From NCBI GenBank assembly GCA_016201505.1, contig JACQCQ010000002.1:76750-140749 (forward strand): a DNA stretch of 64,000 nucleotides, written 5' to 3'. The stretch comes from Candidatus Sungiibacteriota bacterium (GTDB taxonomy: Bacteria > Patescibacteriota > Minisyncoccia > Sungbacterales > JACQCQ01). The position numbers and the translations under genes were made by a program. Under the pieces are notes generated by a model. The model made no database searches, had not been told where the DNA came from, and worked only from the letters and a program-made list of their open reading frames with translations. This document shows, one piece after another, positions 38,591 to 48,101 of the stretch (positions are counted from its first letter, which is position 1; each line of letters starts with the position of its first letter).

Positions 38591-38719
38591 CCCGCTCGAG
38601 CAACCTCGAACGCTTCCGCCGTGGCAGAGCGAGCCATCAAAATAAAACTGCGCTATGAATTTCTACAGCCTACCGAGTCAACCTTTCAGCCTAACAATTC
38701 GAGGTTCTTCTCACCGGGC

Positions 38720-39778
38720 ATGAATCCTAAGCGGCTCCTCGTTTTCGGCATACTCTTAGGATTATTTTTTGCGCCCATTCTTAATTACCTGGTGACGGAA
38801 CGGATTCTCTTTGAAGGGGGCGGTGGAGTCAGTCTAGAAAAGAGTTTGATGCAGTCGCTATGGGCTAAAATTCTTTTAAATCCGAATCTCTATACGTCAA
38901 ATACGGCTGCACCCGCTGGCGCAACCTCGACCGGAAAGAAGCCGGTGCATGCGACTCCCCTTAAACTTCCCGTAGAAAAGAAAAAGCTAGCAGAGTCAGT
39001 AAAACCTGCCCCCGCGAGCCAAAAATCGACTGAGCCCATGACAGCCGAACCGCGGCAGGCTTTCTTAACTTCTCAAGTGGTCTATTCGCGCATTGATACC
39101 GCCGTGGTTCAGATCATTTGCCACCTATCAGCCGATGTGCTCGTTACCGGAAGCGGGTTCGTTATTTCAGCCGACGGATTGATTCTCACCAATGCCCATG
39201 TTGTAGAAGGCGGGACCGATTGCGTGGTTAAAACCGGAGACCCGGCCCAGTTCTCGGGAAATTTTAAAATTCTCTATGCCGGAGATTCGTCAGAAAAAAT
39301 TGAGGGCACCTCTGTTTCGAAACGAGATTATGCCATCGGAAAAATTACTGAATTATCCGAACATTCGCTGTTTCATCAGCCCTTTTGGTATTTAAAATTG
39401 AATACAAATTTTCCCGCGCATGATGGTGATCGGTATTATCTGGCGGCCTATTCATCTGAACTGATCGGCAGTTCGGGACTCCGCGGCGCGCAAAACTTGG
39501 TGTTCAGCTCAAGTGCGCTGCTTAATCTTTACCTACCCGGCATCATGGAATTAGCCGGCAATATTTCAACGCAGGAGGGTGCGTCAGGCAGTCCGGTGAT
39601 TTCTCCCGTGGATGCGAGTGTCATCGGGCTTGTCTTCGGTCAGGATAAAAGCCAGGAAACAAACCCCAATACGTCAGCCCGTACCGAATTTGCTTTTACG
39701 ATGAGTTCTATTGCTTCATTAATTCAAAAAGACACGGGTAAATCTTTGGCCGAGTTTTTGAGTTCCATCGATCAGTAA
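38720..39778 (+). CDS. trypsin-like serine protease (S1 family), membrane-anchored
   Basis: The His block is 'GSGFVISADGLILTNAHVV' and the Ser block is 'GASGSPVI'. An N-terminal TM helix is present. The ATG at 38720 is preferred over the GTG at 38621. Confidence 0.7.
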   Translation: MNPKRLLVFGILLGLFFAPILNYLVTERILFEGGGGVSLEKSLMQSLWAKILLNPNLYTSNTAAPAGATSTGKKPVHATPLKLPVEKKKLAESVKPAPASQKSTEPMTAEPRQAFLTSQVVYSRIDTAVVQIICHLSADVLVTGSGFVISADGLILTNAHVVEGGTDCVVKTGDPAQFSGNFKILYAGDSSEKIEGTSVSKRDYAIGKITELSEHSLFHQPFWYLKLNTNFPAHDGDRYYLAAYSSELIGSSGLRGAQNLVFSSSALLNLYLPGIMELAGNISTQEGASGSPVISPVDASVIGLVFGQDKSQETNPNTSARTEFAFTMSSIASLIQKDTGKSLAEFLSSIDQ

Positions 39779-39839
39779 ATTATTGCTCCCATCTTGCAGA
39801 TACGTGATTGATTTGCTAGTTTTTTAATGCAGTAAATCC

Positions 39840-41225
39840 ATGTCTGATCGAAAAGAGGCCCTATCTATTTCTTCACGCCGAATCATCGCCGGCTTAATCG
39901 TTCTCCTGGCTTTGGCACTCGCGGTCTTTGACGCGCCGGGCTTTTGGAATAAACATGTCCCAGCGTTTTTTGGTCTGCCGAAATCAATCATAAAACCCTT
40001 TCGCTTGGGTCTTGATTTGCAGGGCGGCACGCACCTCGTCTATCAAGCCGATTTTTCGCATACGAACGTTCCTGACCAAGCTGAAGCCATGGCAGGCCTG
40101 CGCGATGTCATCGAGCGCCGCGTCAACACCTTCGGCGTGGCCGAGCCCTTGGTCGAAGTCAACCACGTCGGCAGTAACTGGCGGCTGATTGTGGAGCTCG
40201 CCGGCATCCGCGATATTAATCAAGCTATCAAGTACATTGGCCAGACTCCGTCGCTTGAGTTTCGTGAATTAAAAACGGGCACCTCGACGGTTACAGGCTT
40301 CAATGCCGCCTCAGCTAAAGGCAATATTGATTACAATCAATATTTCCTTCCCGCTCTACTTACCGGCCGATACTTCGATAAAGCCGAGCTCGAGTTTGAT
40401 CCGAATGTCCCGAATACGCCGATCATCGGCATTCAATTTAGTGCCGAGGGCGGAAAGCTTTTTGAGAATATGACCAAGCGAAACGTCGGACGCCCGATCG
40501 GGATTTTTGTGGATGGAGAGCTTCTGTCTGCACCGAACGTCAACGAGCCGATTTCAGGCGGGAGGGCGGTTATCACGGGTCAATTTACCACAGATTACGC
40601 CAAAGCTTTGGTGCGCAATTTAAACTCCGGCGCCTTGCCTGTTCCCATCGGTCTTCTCTCACAGCAGTCGGTTGAAGCCTCACTCGGCATCGCCTCACTT
40701 GAATCATCGCTGCGCGCCGCGCTGGCGGCCTTCCTGCTTGTTACGCTCTTCATGATTATTTGGTATCGGCTGCCGGGGTTACTGGCCGTACTTGCCCTCA
40801 CCATATATGCCGTCATTACGCTGGCCTTGTTTAAACTTGTCGGTGTGACGCTGACAACCGCCGGCATCGCAGGATTTATCTTATCGGTTGGCATGGCGGT
40901 CGACGCTAACATTTTGATCTTTGAGCGCATGAAAGAAGAATTGAGTAGAGGAAAACCTCTACAGCCAGCGATGGAGGAGGGGTTCGAGCGCGCCTGGACC
41001 TCGATTCGCGACTCAAATGTTTCAAGTCTGATCACTTCGGCTATTCTCTACTGGCTCGGAACATCCGTCGTCCGCGGATTTGCTACGACCCTTGCCATCG
41101 GCATCATGGTCAGCATGTTCACGGCCCTCACCGTCTCCCGCACGTTTTTAATCGCCAGCCTCCGCCGAAACGCGAGCACCACATGGTATCTTTCGGGCTT
41201 TTCTCTTAGGCATAATCAATCATGA
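39840..41225 (+). CDS. secD: protein translocase subunit SecD
   Basis: 461 aa. It has the periplasmic domain and the C-terminal 6-TM SecD/SecF family core. Confidence 0.85.
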   Translation: MSDRKEALSISSRRIIAGLIVLLALALAVFDAPGFWNKHVPAFFGLPKSIIKPFRLGLDLQGGTHLVYQADFSHTNVPDQAEAMAGLRDVIERRVNTFGVAEPLVEVNHVGSNWRLIVELAGIRDINQAIKYIGQTPSLEFRELKTGTSTVTGFNAASAKGNIDYNQYFLPALLTGRYFDKAELEFDPNVPNTPIIGIQFSAEGGKLFENMTKRNVGRPIGIFVDGELLSAPNVNEPISGGRAVITGQFTTDYAKALVRNLNSGALPVPIGLLSQQSVEASLGIASLESSLRAALAAFLLVTLFMIIWYRLPGLLAVLALTIYAVITLALFKLVGVTLTTAGIAGFILSVGMAVDANILIFERMKEELSRGKPLQPAMEEGFERAWTSIRDSNVSSLITSAILYWLGTSVVRGFATTLAIGIMVSMFTALTVSRTFLIASLRRNASTTWYLSGFSLRHNQS

Positions 41226-42127
41226 CTTTGATCCGTTATCGAAAACTGACCTATATTTTTTCCGGGACGTTAGTGCTGCTTTCACTCATTGCGCTCCTGG
41301 TTTGGCACCTGAAACTGGGTATTGATTTTACCGGGGGCTCGCTGATTGAAATCGAATATCGATCCGACCGCCCAAGTTTGGATGAGCTGAACAAAGATTT
41401 AGTTGGGTCCGGATTTCACACGGAAATTCAGCCGACCGAAGCCCGGGGTGTTTTTATTCGAACACAAAGTTTAATGGAACCGGAGCATCAAGCGCTGCTT
41501 TTCGCCTTGAGCCACGGCGATAAGAATCTATTCACGGAAAAAAAGTTTGACTCCATCGGGCCGACTATTGGAGCCGAACTGGCGCGAAAGTCAGTCTATG
41601 CGATTTTCCTGGTTATTCTTTTAATCGTGCTCTATATTGCTTTTGTTTTTCGTAAAGTTTCGGAACCCGTGGCTTCATGGAAATACGGCATCGCAACCGT
41701 CATCGCCTTAATCCATGACGTGATGATTCCCGTCGGGGTATTTACCGTGCTCGGTCATTTTTTTGGCTTTGAAGCCGACACCTTATTCGTGACCGCGCTG
41801 CTCACAATTCTCGGCTTTTCGGTTCACGATACTATCGTGGTCTTTGACCGCATTCGCGAAAATTTGAAGATTGGTAACAGAAATCAGTCCTTTGAGGATA
41901 TTGTCGGGAGAAGCATCTCCCAGACAATCACGCGCTCGATCAACACCTCAATGACCGTCCTGCTTGTTCTCTTTGGCGTTTATTTCTTCGGCGGCGAGTC
42001 GGTCAAGACCTTTGCCCTCACCTTGATCATTGGCATTTTCTTTGGTACATATTCATCGATCTTTTTGGCAAGCCCCCTGCTCGTTACCTGGCACGGGCTG
42101 ATCACGCGCCGAGGTAGGCGCCTGTAA
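41222..42127 (+). CDS. secF: protein translocase subunit SecF
   Basis: 301 aa. It overlaps secD (ATGA) and has the SecF TM core. Confidence 0.85.
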   Translation: MTLIRYRKLTYIFSGTLVLLSLIALLVWHLKLGIDFTGGSLIEIEYRSDRPSLDELNKDLVGSGFHTEIQPTEARGVFIRTQSLMEPEHQALLFALSHGDKNLFTEKKFDSIGPTIGAELARKSVYAIFLVILLIVLYIAFVFRKVSEPVASWKYGIATVIALIHDVMIPVGVFTVLGHFFGFEADTLFVTALLTILGFSVHDTIVVFDRIRENLKIGNRNQSFEDIVGRSISQTITRSINTSMTVLLVLFGVYFFGGESVKTFALTLIIGIFFGTYSSIFLASPLLVTWHGLITRRGRRL

Positions 42128-42270
42128 GGCGACAAGTAGCTCAATTTTGAAAAAATGGACGCTGAGTTGACATATTGTCAAGCTAGTGCTACTTTATAGC
42201 TACCTCTAGACTTAGCCTAAAAACGGCCCGGATTTGCGGCTTCGGCTTCTCTGTTTTAAATTTTAAATCA

Positions 42271-43320
42271 ATGTTGCAGCCTATTAAGACACAATTGAAA
42301 CTTAAAGAAACTTCACAAGACCTGCTGAAGCATATTGAAAATAAGCGCGTGCGGGAGGTTTTGGAGAAGCGTTTTGGATTGAAAACCGGAGATAAGAAAA
42401 CGCTGGAAGCCATTGGGAAAGAGTATGGCATTACGCGTGAACGAGTCCGCCAAATTGAAGCCGATGGTCTTCGTGCGCTGGTTCTACCCGCAGTCTATTC
42501 GACGGCTGATTTGGTATTTAAAGCATTACGCGAACACATTGAAGAGCATGGCGGCGTGGCAGCCGAGCATAATTTGCTGTTTAGCCTGGCGGATGCTAAA
42601 TCGCATGCGCATGCCACCTTTTTACTGACCGTCGGCAAACCTTTTTCCAAGAAACAGGAAACCGACCGCGCTCATCCAACCTGGTATACTGATAAATCAG
42701 CGCATGACGTGCTGGAGAAAGTTTTAGACGGCGTCTATCGTGACCTCGAGATAAAGAAAGTGCCGGTGAGAAAGGAGGCTCTCATCGCCCTGTTTGCCAA
42801 AGAGGCAGAAAAAGTTCTGGGTCATCGTCCCAAAGATCATGTCCTCTTAAATTATCTTGGGGCGGCCAAATTGATCGGCGAAAATCCTTACGGAGAGTTC
42901 GGCCTTATTTCCTGGCCGACCATCCGACCCAAAGGTGTTCGCGATAAGGCTTATATGGTTTTGCAAAAGTCCGCCAAACCCATGCATTTTCGCGCAGTAG
43001 CCGAAGCCATTAATAAAATGAATTGGGCTAAAAAGGCGGCGCATCCCCAGACGGTGCATAACGAATTGATTAAGGCGCAAGACCGGTTTGTCTTGGTCGG
43101 CCGCGGACTGTATGCCTTGCGGGAATGGGGGTATCTACCGGGCACCGTCGCCGATGTGGTCAAGGGAATAATCAATGAGGCGGGCAAGCCCCTGGGCCGT
43201 GAGGAAATTGTTTCGCGGGTTCTCGCTAAACGATTCGTTAAAGAAAACACGATCTTGCTGAATTTGCAGAATCGCAATCTATTTACCAAAGAACCCGACG
43301 GAAAATATTTCGTCGCCTGA
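42271..43320 (+). CDS. sigma-70 region 4 (HTH) domain-containing protein
   Basis: 'TLEAIGKEYGITRERVRQIEADGLRAL' is a canonical sigma region 4.2 sequence. The C-terminal 250 aa are of unknown function. Confidence 0.55.
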   Translation: MLQPIKTQLKLKETSQDLLKHIENKRVREVLEKRFGLKTGDKKTLEAIGKEYGITRERVRQIEADGLRALVLPAVYSTADLVFKALREHIEEHGGVAAEHNLLFSLADAKSHAHATFLLTVGKPFSKKQETDRAHPTWYTDKSAHDVLEKVLDGVYRDLEIKKVPVRKEALIALFAKEAEKVLGHRPKDHVLLNYLGAAKLIGENPYGEFGLISWPTIRPKGVRDKAYMVLQKSAKPMHFRAVAEAINKMNWAKKAAHPQTVHNELIKAQDRFVLVGRGLYALREWGYLPGTVADVVKGIINEAGKPLGREEIVSRVLAKRFVKENTILLNLQNRNLFTKEPDGKYFVA

Positions 43321-43395
43321 AGTTGACTACAGACTACTGTCTACAGTCTACGGCGCAAGCGGTAGTCAGTAGACTGTCAGTGGTAGTCAGTCAGT
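43321..43395. repeat. imperfect palindromic repeat element (gactacag / gtctacagtctac / gcggtagtcagtag modules)
   Basis: The same 13- and 14-mers recur at 52221–52305, inside a 23S rRNA insertion. Confidence 0.7.
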
Positions 43396-43414
43396 AAATA
43401 GGGGAAGCCCCTCT

Positions 43415-44887
43415 ATGCAGATTCTTTTAGAAAATTTTGGGATAGTCTATACCGTAGCTGCCAATAGCTGGTGGTTTATTTTGCCGGCATTTTTTCTGTA
43501 TCTGGCCGCGGAAGCTCACAAATATTCTCTGATTGCGGAAAAAATAAAAGAAACAAAATGGCTGTTGCTTGAGATTAAAGTACCGCGGGAAATTTTAAAA
43601 TCACCCGAGGCCATGGAGCGCGTATTTGCGGGCCTCCACGGGCCCTACGATCCGCCGGAAAAATTTAAAGAATATTATTTGGAGCCAAAAATCCGCTTGT
43701 GGTATAACTTTGAAATTGCCGGCCAAGCCGGCGATATTCGGTTTTATGCCTACGTGCCGGTCAAGTGGCGCAATCTGGTCGAAGCCCAGATGTACGCCCA
43801 GTATCCAGACATCTCGATTGCCGAAGCCAAAGATTACACTGCGTCCGTCCCCGATGACATTCCGAATGCTGATTATGATATGTGGGGCATGGAGTTGACT
43901 CTGGCGCGGGACATGTATTATCCGATTTTAACCTATAAGGAGTTTAAAAGTTTGGCGGAGCCGAATGCTACGAAAGACAATATCGGTGAGGCCTTAAAGA
44001 TTGACCCGCTCTCGGCGTTTGCCGAAAGCCTGGCGAAACTCCACCCCGGCGAGCAAATTTGGTTTCAGTTGCTCGCCCGTCCCTGCGGCAAGCCGGGCCA
44101 GGGTCCGAATGACAATTGGGCGGAAAAAGGTCAGGAACTGGTGGATAAACTGGCCGGACGGGAAAAACCAAAGCCAAAACCCTGGTACGCCTCACTGGTT
44201 GAAATCATCGCCGCATTTTTTGAGGAAGGCGGTGAACTGATTAAAGAGGGCATCAAGCCCTTATCGTCTTCCGGCGAGCGTGGACTCGGCCGCCTGATGG
44301 CTCTACCCGTGAAAGAAGAAAAAAAAGTTGATCTGTCCGAGCTCATACATAAGACTCAAGGCGAAAAGGATGTGATGTCCGCCGTTGAGGAGAAAATTTC
44401 GAAACTGGGCTATGAGACGGTTGCGCGCGTCATCTATGTGGCGAGACGCGATGTTTTTGATATGGCGACCGTCGGATCATTGTTTGGCATGGTCAAGCAA
44501 TTTAACACCAACCATTTAAATGCTTTTAAGCCGAATGGCGATACGATTACCAAAAAAAAGGATTACTTCTGGGGTTTTGTCACTTCCGAGACGCACCAAA
44601 ACCGCATTAAACAGGGCCTAATCTACTCATACAAAAAGCGCAGTCTCTTCTGGGACTTAAAACCGATTGTGCCGTTTTTGCCGAAATCTCCGCTGCCGGC
44701 GCTGCAGGCGGCTTTGTACCACTTCATCCCTAATGCCATGGAGTATTCGCGTTCCAAACCCTTTGTTTTAAACACCGAAGAAATGGCAACATTGTTTCAT
44801 TTTCCGGGTTCGACCGTTTCTTCGCCCTCAATGCCCAGAATCCAGGCCAAAGCCTCGGAACCGCCGATTAATTTACCCACCGGGTAG
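43415..44887 (+). CDS. hypothetical membrane protein (N-terminal TM), partner of VirD4-like ATPase
   Basis: 490 aa with no recognisable motif. It is co-oriented with the downstream ATPase. Confidence 0.4.
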   Translation: MQILLENFGIVYTVAANSWWFILPAFFLYLAAEAHKYSLIAEKIKETKWLLLEIKVPREILKSPEAMERVFAGLHGPYDPPEKFKEYYLEPKIRLWYNFEIAGQAGDIRFYAYVPVKWRNLVEAQMYAQYPDISIAEAKDYTASVPDDIPNADYDMWGMELTLARDMYYPILTYKEFKSLAEPNATKDNIGEALKIDPLSAFAESLAKLHPGEQIWFQLLARPCGKPGQGPNDNWAEKGQELVDKLAGREKPKPKPWYASLVEIIAAFFEEGGELIKEGIKPLSSSGERGLGRLMALPVKEEKKVDLSELIHKTQGEKDVMSAVEEKISKLGYETVARVIYVARRDVFDMATVGSLFGMVKQFNTNHLNAFKPNGDTITKKKDYFWGFVTSETHQNRIKQGLIYSYKKRSLFWDLKPIVPFLPKSPLPALQAALYHFIPNAMEYSRSKPFVLNTEEMATLFHFPGSTVSSPSMPRIQAKASEPPINLPTG

Positions 44888-44891
44888 AAGT

Positions 44892-45290
44892 ATGAATAAA
44901 GAATTAAGAATAATGGAAAACCGAAAAATAGAAAATTTTAAAGATCTAGAGGCCCGGAAGAAAGGTCAGGCTTTTGTACTCAATATCTACCAGGTTACCA
45001 AACAATTTCCAAAAGAAGAGCAGTTCGGTCTTATTGCTCAGCTTCGGCGGGCTGGTGTCTCCATTACTTCTAATATTGCAGAGGGATTTAGTCGAAGATC
45101 ATATCGAGAAAAATCTCAGTTCTATGCCATCGCATTAGGATCTTTAACCGAGGTCCAAAGCCAGCTTCTAAGTGCACGTGATATTGGATATTTGGACCCA
45201 GATATCAATAACGCTTTGGATAGCGCAGGTGTCGAAATTCATAAAATAATTAACGGACTTATTAAGTCGTCCTTTATTCTTTATTCTTGA
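44892..45290 (+). CDS. four-helix-bundle protein (23S rRNA intervening-sequence protein family)
   Basis: 132 aa. 'LIAQLRRAGVSITSNIAEGFSRRSYREKSQFYAIALGSLTEVQSQL' is characteristic of this family. Confidence 0.65.
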   Translation: MNKELRIMENRKIENFKDLEARKKGQAFVLNIYQVTKQFPKEEQFGLIAQLRRAGVSITSNIAEGFSRRSYREKSQFYAIALGSLTEVQSQLLSARDIGYLDPDINNALDSAGVEIHKIINGLIKSSFILYS

Positions 45291-45305
45291 TTCTTTATTC
45301 TCAGA

Positions 45306-47318
45306 ATGAACGACGTAACCTACTTTGGCGAAACGAACTTTAGAAACGAGCGGAGGCGCTTCGGGATTAAGCGCGCCGACCGGAGACGGCATATGTACAT
45401 CATCGGGAAAACCGGCACCGGCAAAACAACCCTGCTCGACAATATGACCGTCCAGGATATCGCGCATGGCAATGGCGTCGCCGTGATTGACCCGCACGGC
45501 GAGTACGCCGAACGCATGCTCGCTTTCGTGCCGCAAAACCGCATCCAGGACGTTGTCTACTTTAATCCGGCCGATCTTGATTATCCTTTCGGATTCAATA
45601 TGTTAGAGCAGCCAAAAGCCGAAATGCGCCACTTTGTGGCTTCCGGTTTGATGTCGGTTTTCAAAAAACTCTGGGTTGATGCCTGGTCGGCGCGCATGGA
45701 GTATTTTCTCTCCAATTCAATTCTCTCGCATCTGGAAATGCCGGACTCGACGTTGATGGGAGTGCATCGGATTTTTGGCGATAAGGCCTATCGAAGATCA
45801 CTGGTCTTACAGCTGCAGGATCCGGTTTTAAAGGCCTTTTGGGAAAACGAGTTCGACAAGCTTCCAGAGCAATTTATGCGCGAGGCGGTGGCCGCGATTC
45901 AAAATAAAGTCGGCCAGTTTATTGCCAATCCCTTAATCCGCAACATTATCGGTCAACCCCGTTCCACCTTCAACATTCGCGAAATCATGGATTCAAAAAA
46001 GATTTTAATCGCGAATCTTGCCAAGGGCCGCATCGGCGAAGAAAACTCAAAATTGCTCGGCGCCATGCTGGTCACGCGAATTTATCTTGCCGCCATGTCG
46101 CGGGTTGACGTACCCGAAGATGCCCGCGAGGATTTTTATGTCTATGTGGATGAGTTTCAGAACTTCGCCACCGAATCGTTTGCCTCGATCCTTTCCGAGG
46201 CGCGCAAATACCGCCTCAATTTAACGCTCGCCAATCAATACATGGCGCAGCTGGTTGATGATAAAACAAAGTCCGCCGTGCTCCGCGACGCCATTATCGG
46301 CAACGTCGGCAGCATGATTTCGTTTCGCATCGGCGCGGAAGACGCGGAAGTTTTAGAAAAAGAATTTGCGCCCGAGTTTTTAATTCAGGATTTCGTAAAC
46401 TTGGGATTCGCCAACGTCTATCTGAAATTAATGATCGATAACGTGGCTTCGCGGCCATTCTCGGCAGTTACTCTCGCGCCGATTGACACACCAACCATTA
46501 ATTACGCCAAAGAAATTATTGATTACTCGCGGCTGACCTACGGCCGGTCCCGCGAAGTAGTTGATCAGTCAATCCGGGACTGGGGTGGCTTTGCGATGAA
46601 ATCAGGGGCTTCAGTTTTTTCTGGGGTTCCCGTAGCGCCTCGCCCCGTGCCACACGTATCCGCGCGGGATTCATCTAACGCTTCGGTAATCAACCAGGCG
46701 CCCACCGCCGCCGTTTCCCCGCCAGCAGTCGCATCTGTAGCACGCCCCATCGTTTCAAAAGATGAAAATGGCCAGAAAATGTATCGCGCGACCTGCGCGA
46801 TTGATGGACAAGAAATTTGGGTGCCGTTTCAGCCTGACGGCCGGCGGCCGGTGTATTGCAGTGAACATTTAAGCCAGATTCAGCGTGGGCAAGGCCAAAG
46901 TCAGAACCAAGAATCAAAAAATATGAATCAGGGTTCCGTTGCGACGAGCGCTCTAATGCCAGCAGGAGAAGGAGAGAAGAAACGAAAACGCCGCCGCAAT
47001 CGTAATCGCAATAGACATCGCGAAGGAGCGGCGAGTTCCCATACCCAGGCTTTTCAGTCTGCCCCGGTCGTTCGCACATCAGATCAAACGATCTCGCTCC
47101 GCGACCTTTCACCAAAAAATGACTCAAGCCTGAATACCTTGCGAAAAGATCATGAGCCGCGTCCTCCGATGTCGCCCAAAAAACCAGTTGACCTTGGCGA
47201 GCTTCGCAAGGTGTTGCAAGAGACGATCACACGCTCTGCTCCCCAAACCCCACCGCCGGATTCTCAAAACGAACGAGAGTCAGGCACATTAAAACCGGGG
47301 GAGTCAATTAAGTTTTAA
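45306..47318 (+). CDS. VirD4/TraD/TraG-like P-loop ATPase (type IV secretion DNA-binding domain family, DUF87-like) with basic disordered C-terminal tail
   Basis: Walker A is 'IIGKTGTGKTTLL' and Walker B is 'YVYVDEFQNF'. A 'LTLANQYMAQL' block is present. The C-terminal 200 aa are low-complexity and K/R-rich. Confidence 0.6.
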   Translation: MNDVTYFGETNFRNERRRFGIKRADRRRHMYIIGKTGTGKTTLLDNMTVQDIAHGNGVAVIDPHGEYAERMLAFVPQNRIQDVVYFNPADLDYPFGFNMLEQPKAEMRHFVASGLMSVFKKLWVDAWSARMEYFLSNSILSHLEMPDSTLMGVHRIFGDKAYRRSLVLQLQDPVLKAFWENEFDKLPEQFMREAVAAIQNKVGQFIANPLIRNIIGQPRSTFNIREIMDSKKILIANLAKGRIGEENSKLLGAMLVTRIYLAAMSRVDVPEDAREDFYVYVDEFQNFATESFASILSEARKYRLNLTLANQYMAQLVDDKTKSAVLRDAIIGNVGSMISFRIGAEDAEVLEKEFAPEFLIQDFVNLGFANVYLKLMIDNVASRPFSAVTLAPIDTPTINYAKEIIDYSRLTYGRSREVVDQSIRDWGGFAMKSGASVFSGVPVAPRPVPHVSARDSSNASVINQAPTAAVSPPAVASVARPIVSKDENGQKMYRATCAIDGQEIWVPFQPDGRRPVYCSEHLSQIQRGQGQSQNQESKNMNQGSVATSALMPAGEGEKKRKRRRNRNRNRHREGAASSHTQAFQSAPVVRTSDQTISLRDLSPKNDSSLNTLRKDHEPRPPMSPKKPVDLGELRKVLQETITRSAPQTPPPDSQNERESGTLKPGESIKF

Positions 47319-47385
47319 TTGTTGACGCCGAGTCTCTTTCGCGATAGTTTCAAAATAACGAACAGATACTCTCAAAGGAGGGCAT

Positions 47386-47520
47386 ATGTGCGTTCGATGC
47401 GGCCTGAATAAAGGCGAAGTGACCTGTATCTGCGGCGACTTTCTTTGCAAAGACTGTATGAGAGATGAGTGCGTCGAATCCGATGGTGAACACCATGCGG
47501 TGATAGCGTGTCTTTCGTAA
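47386..47520 (+). CDS. 44-aa Cys-rich mini-protein (MCVRCGLNKGEVTCICGDFLCKDCMRDECVESDGEHHAVIACLS)
   Basis: It follows a perfect RBS (AAAGGAGG, 6 nt spacer) and contains 8 Cys. Confidence 0.45.
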   Translation: MCVRCGLNKGEVTCICGDFLCKDCMRDECVESDGEHHAVIACLS

Positions 47521-47534
47521 GCGCTATCATTGAA

Positions 47535-47666
47535 ATGCTCTATCCGTGCGGCAATGCGGATTGCAATAGCAAGGTTTCGTCGCTCAACTTCCTTTCTTGC
47601 CCACGGTGCTTTACGCACGTCTGTTCACTGAAGTGCCTCGAGAATCACAACTGTCCGGAGGCCTAG
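47535..47666 (+). CDS. 43-aa Cys-rich mini-protein (MLYPCGNADCNSKVSSLNFLSCPRCFTHVCSLKCLENHNCPEA), zinc-ribbon/HIT-finger-like
   Basis: It sits in tandem 14 nt after the previous mini-ORF. It has 8 Cys and 2 His. A hairpin terminator follows at 47675–47706. Confidence 0.4.
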   Translation: MLYPCGNADCNSKVSSLNFLSCPRCFTHVCSLKCLENHNCPEA

Positions 47667-47674
47667 GGCCGAAA

Positions 47675-47706
47675 GGGGTAGGGAAGAAGCCGTTTCTTTC
47701 CTACCC
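47675..47706 (+). terminator. hairpin terminator ggggtagggaagaagccgtttctttcctaccc
   Basis: A stem-loop read directly from the sequence. Confidence 0.45.
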
Positions 47707-48028
47707 TTGACTTTTAATATAAATAGTGTATTATTGCTTAACTAAAGAGCGCCGCGGTTCTTGCATACTTCCGCGCCGCTTCCGCTGGACGTTGATCCGA
47801 AGGAGGAGTTCCGGTTCTAGTTCTTTGGGCTCGCAGACCCCAACATAGTCTTCAAATTCACCAGTGAATGGAATCAAATCAATCTTAATTCATGATTCTT
47901 TATTCTTGATTCTAGTCAGTGGTGAGATCAAAGACTCTTAGCTATTAAATTTATAGAAGAGGCAATACACGATGAGACAACTGTATTCTTTGCAACACGC
48001 GGGTACTGATCATCTAATCTCATAAATC

Positions 48029-48053
48029 AAAAAACCGCGAACGCGGTTTTTTG
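48029..48053. terminator. bidirectional Rho-independent terminator aaaaaaccgcgaacgcggtttttt
   Basis: A perfect stem flanked by A6 and T6. It serves efp on the minus strand. Confidence 0.7.
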
Positions 48054-48064
48054 ATTTCATTCCT

Positions 48065-48098
48065 ATACCTATACAGTACTATAGTACTGTATAGGTAT
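48065..48098. repeat. 34-bp perfect palindrome atacctatacagtactatagtactgtataggtat
   Basis: Read directly. It is related to the palindrome at 32187–32216. Confidence 0.8.
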
Positions 48099-48101
48099 AT
48101 T

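Noticed and set aside
47304-47618. 104-aa minus-strand ORF overlapping the two Cys-rich mini-ORFs
   Set aside because: It has no RBS or recognisable motif. The + strand alternatives have a perfect SD, a tandem arrangement and a terminator.
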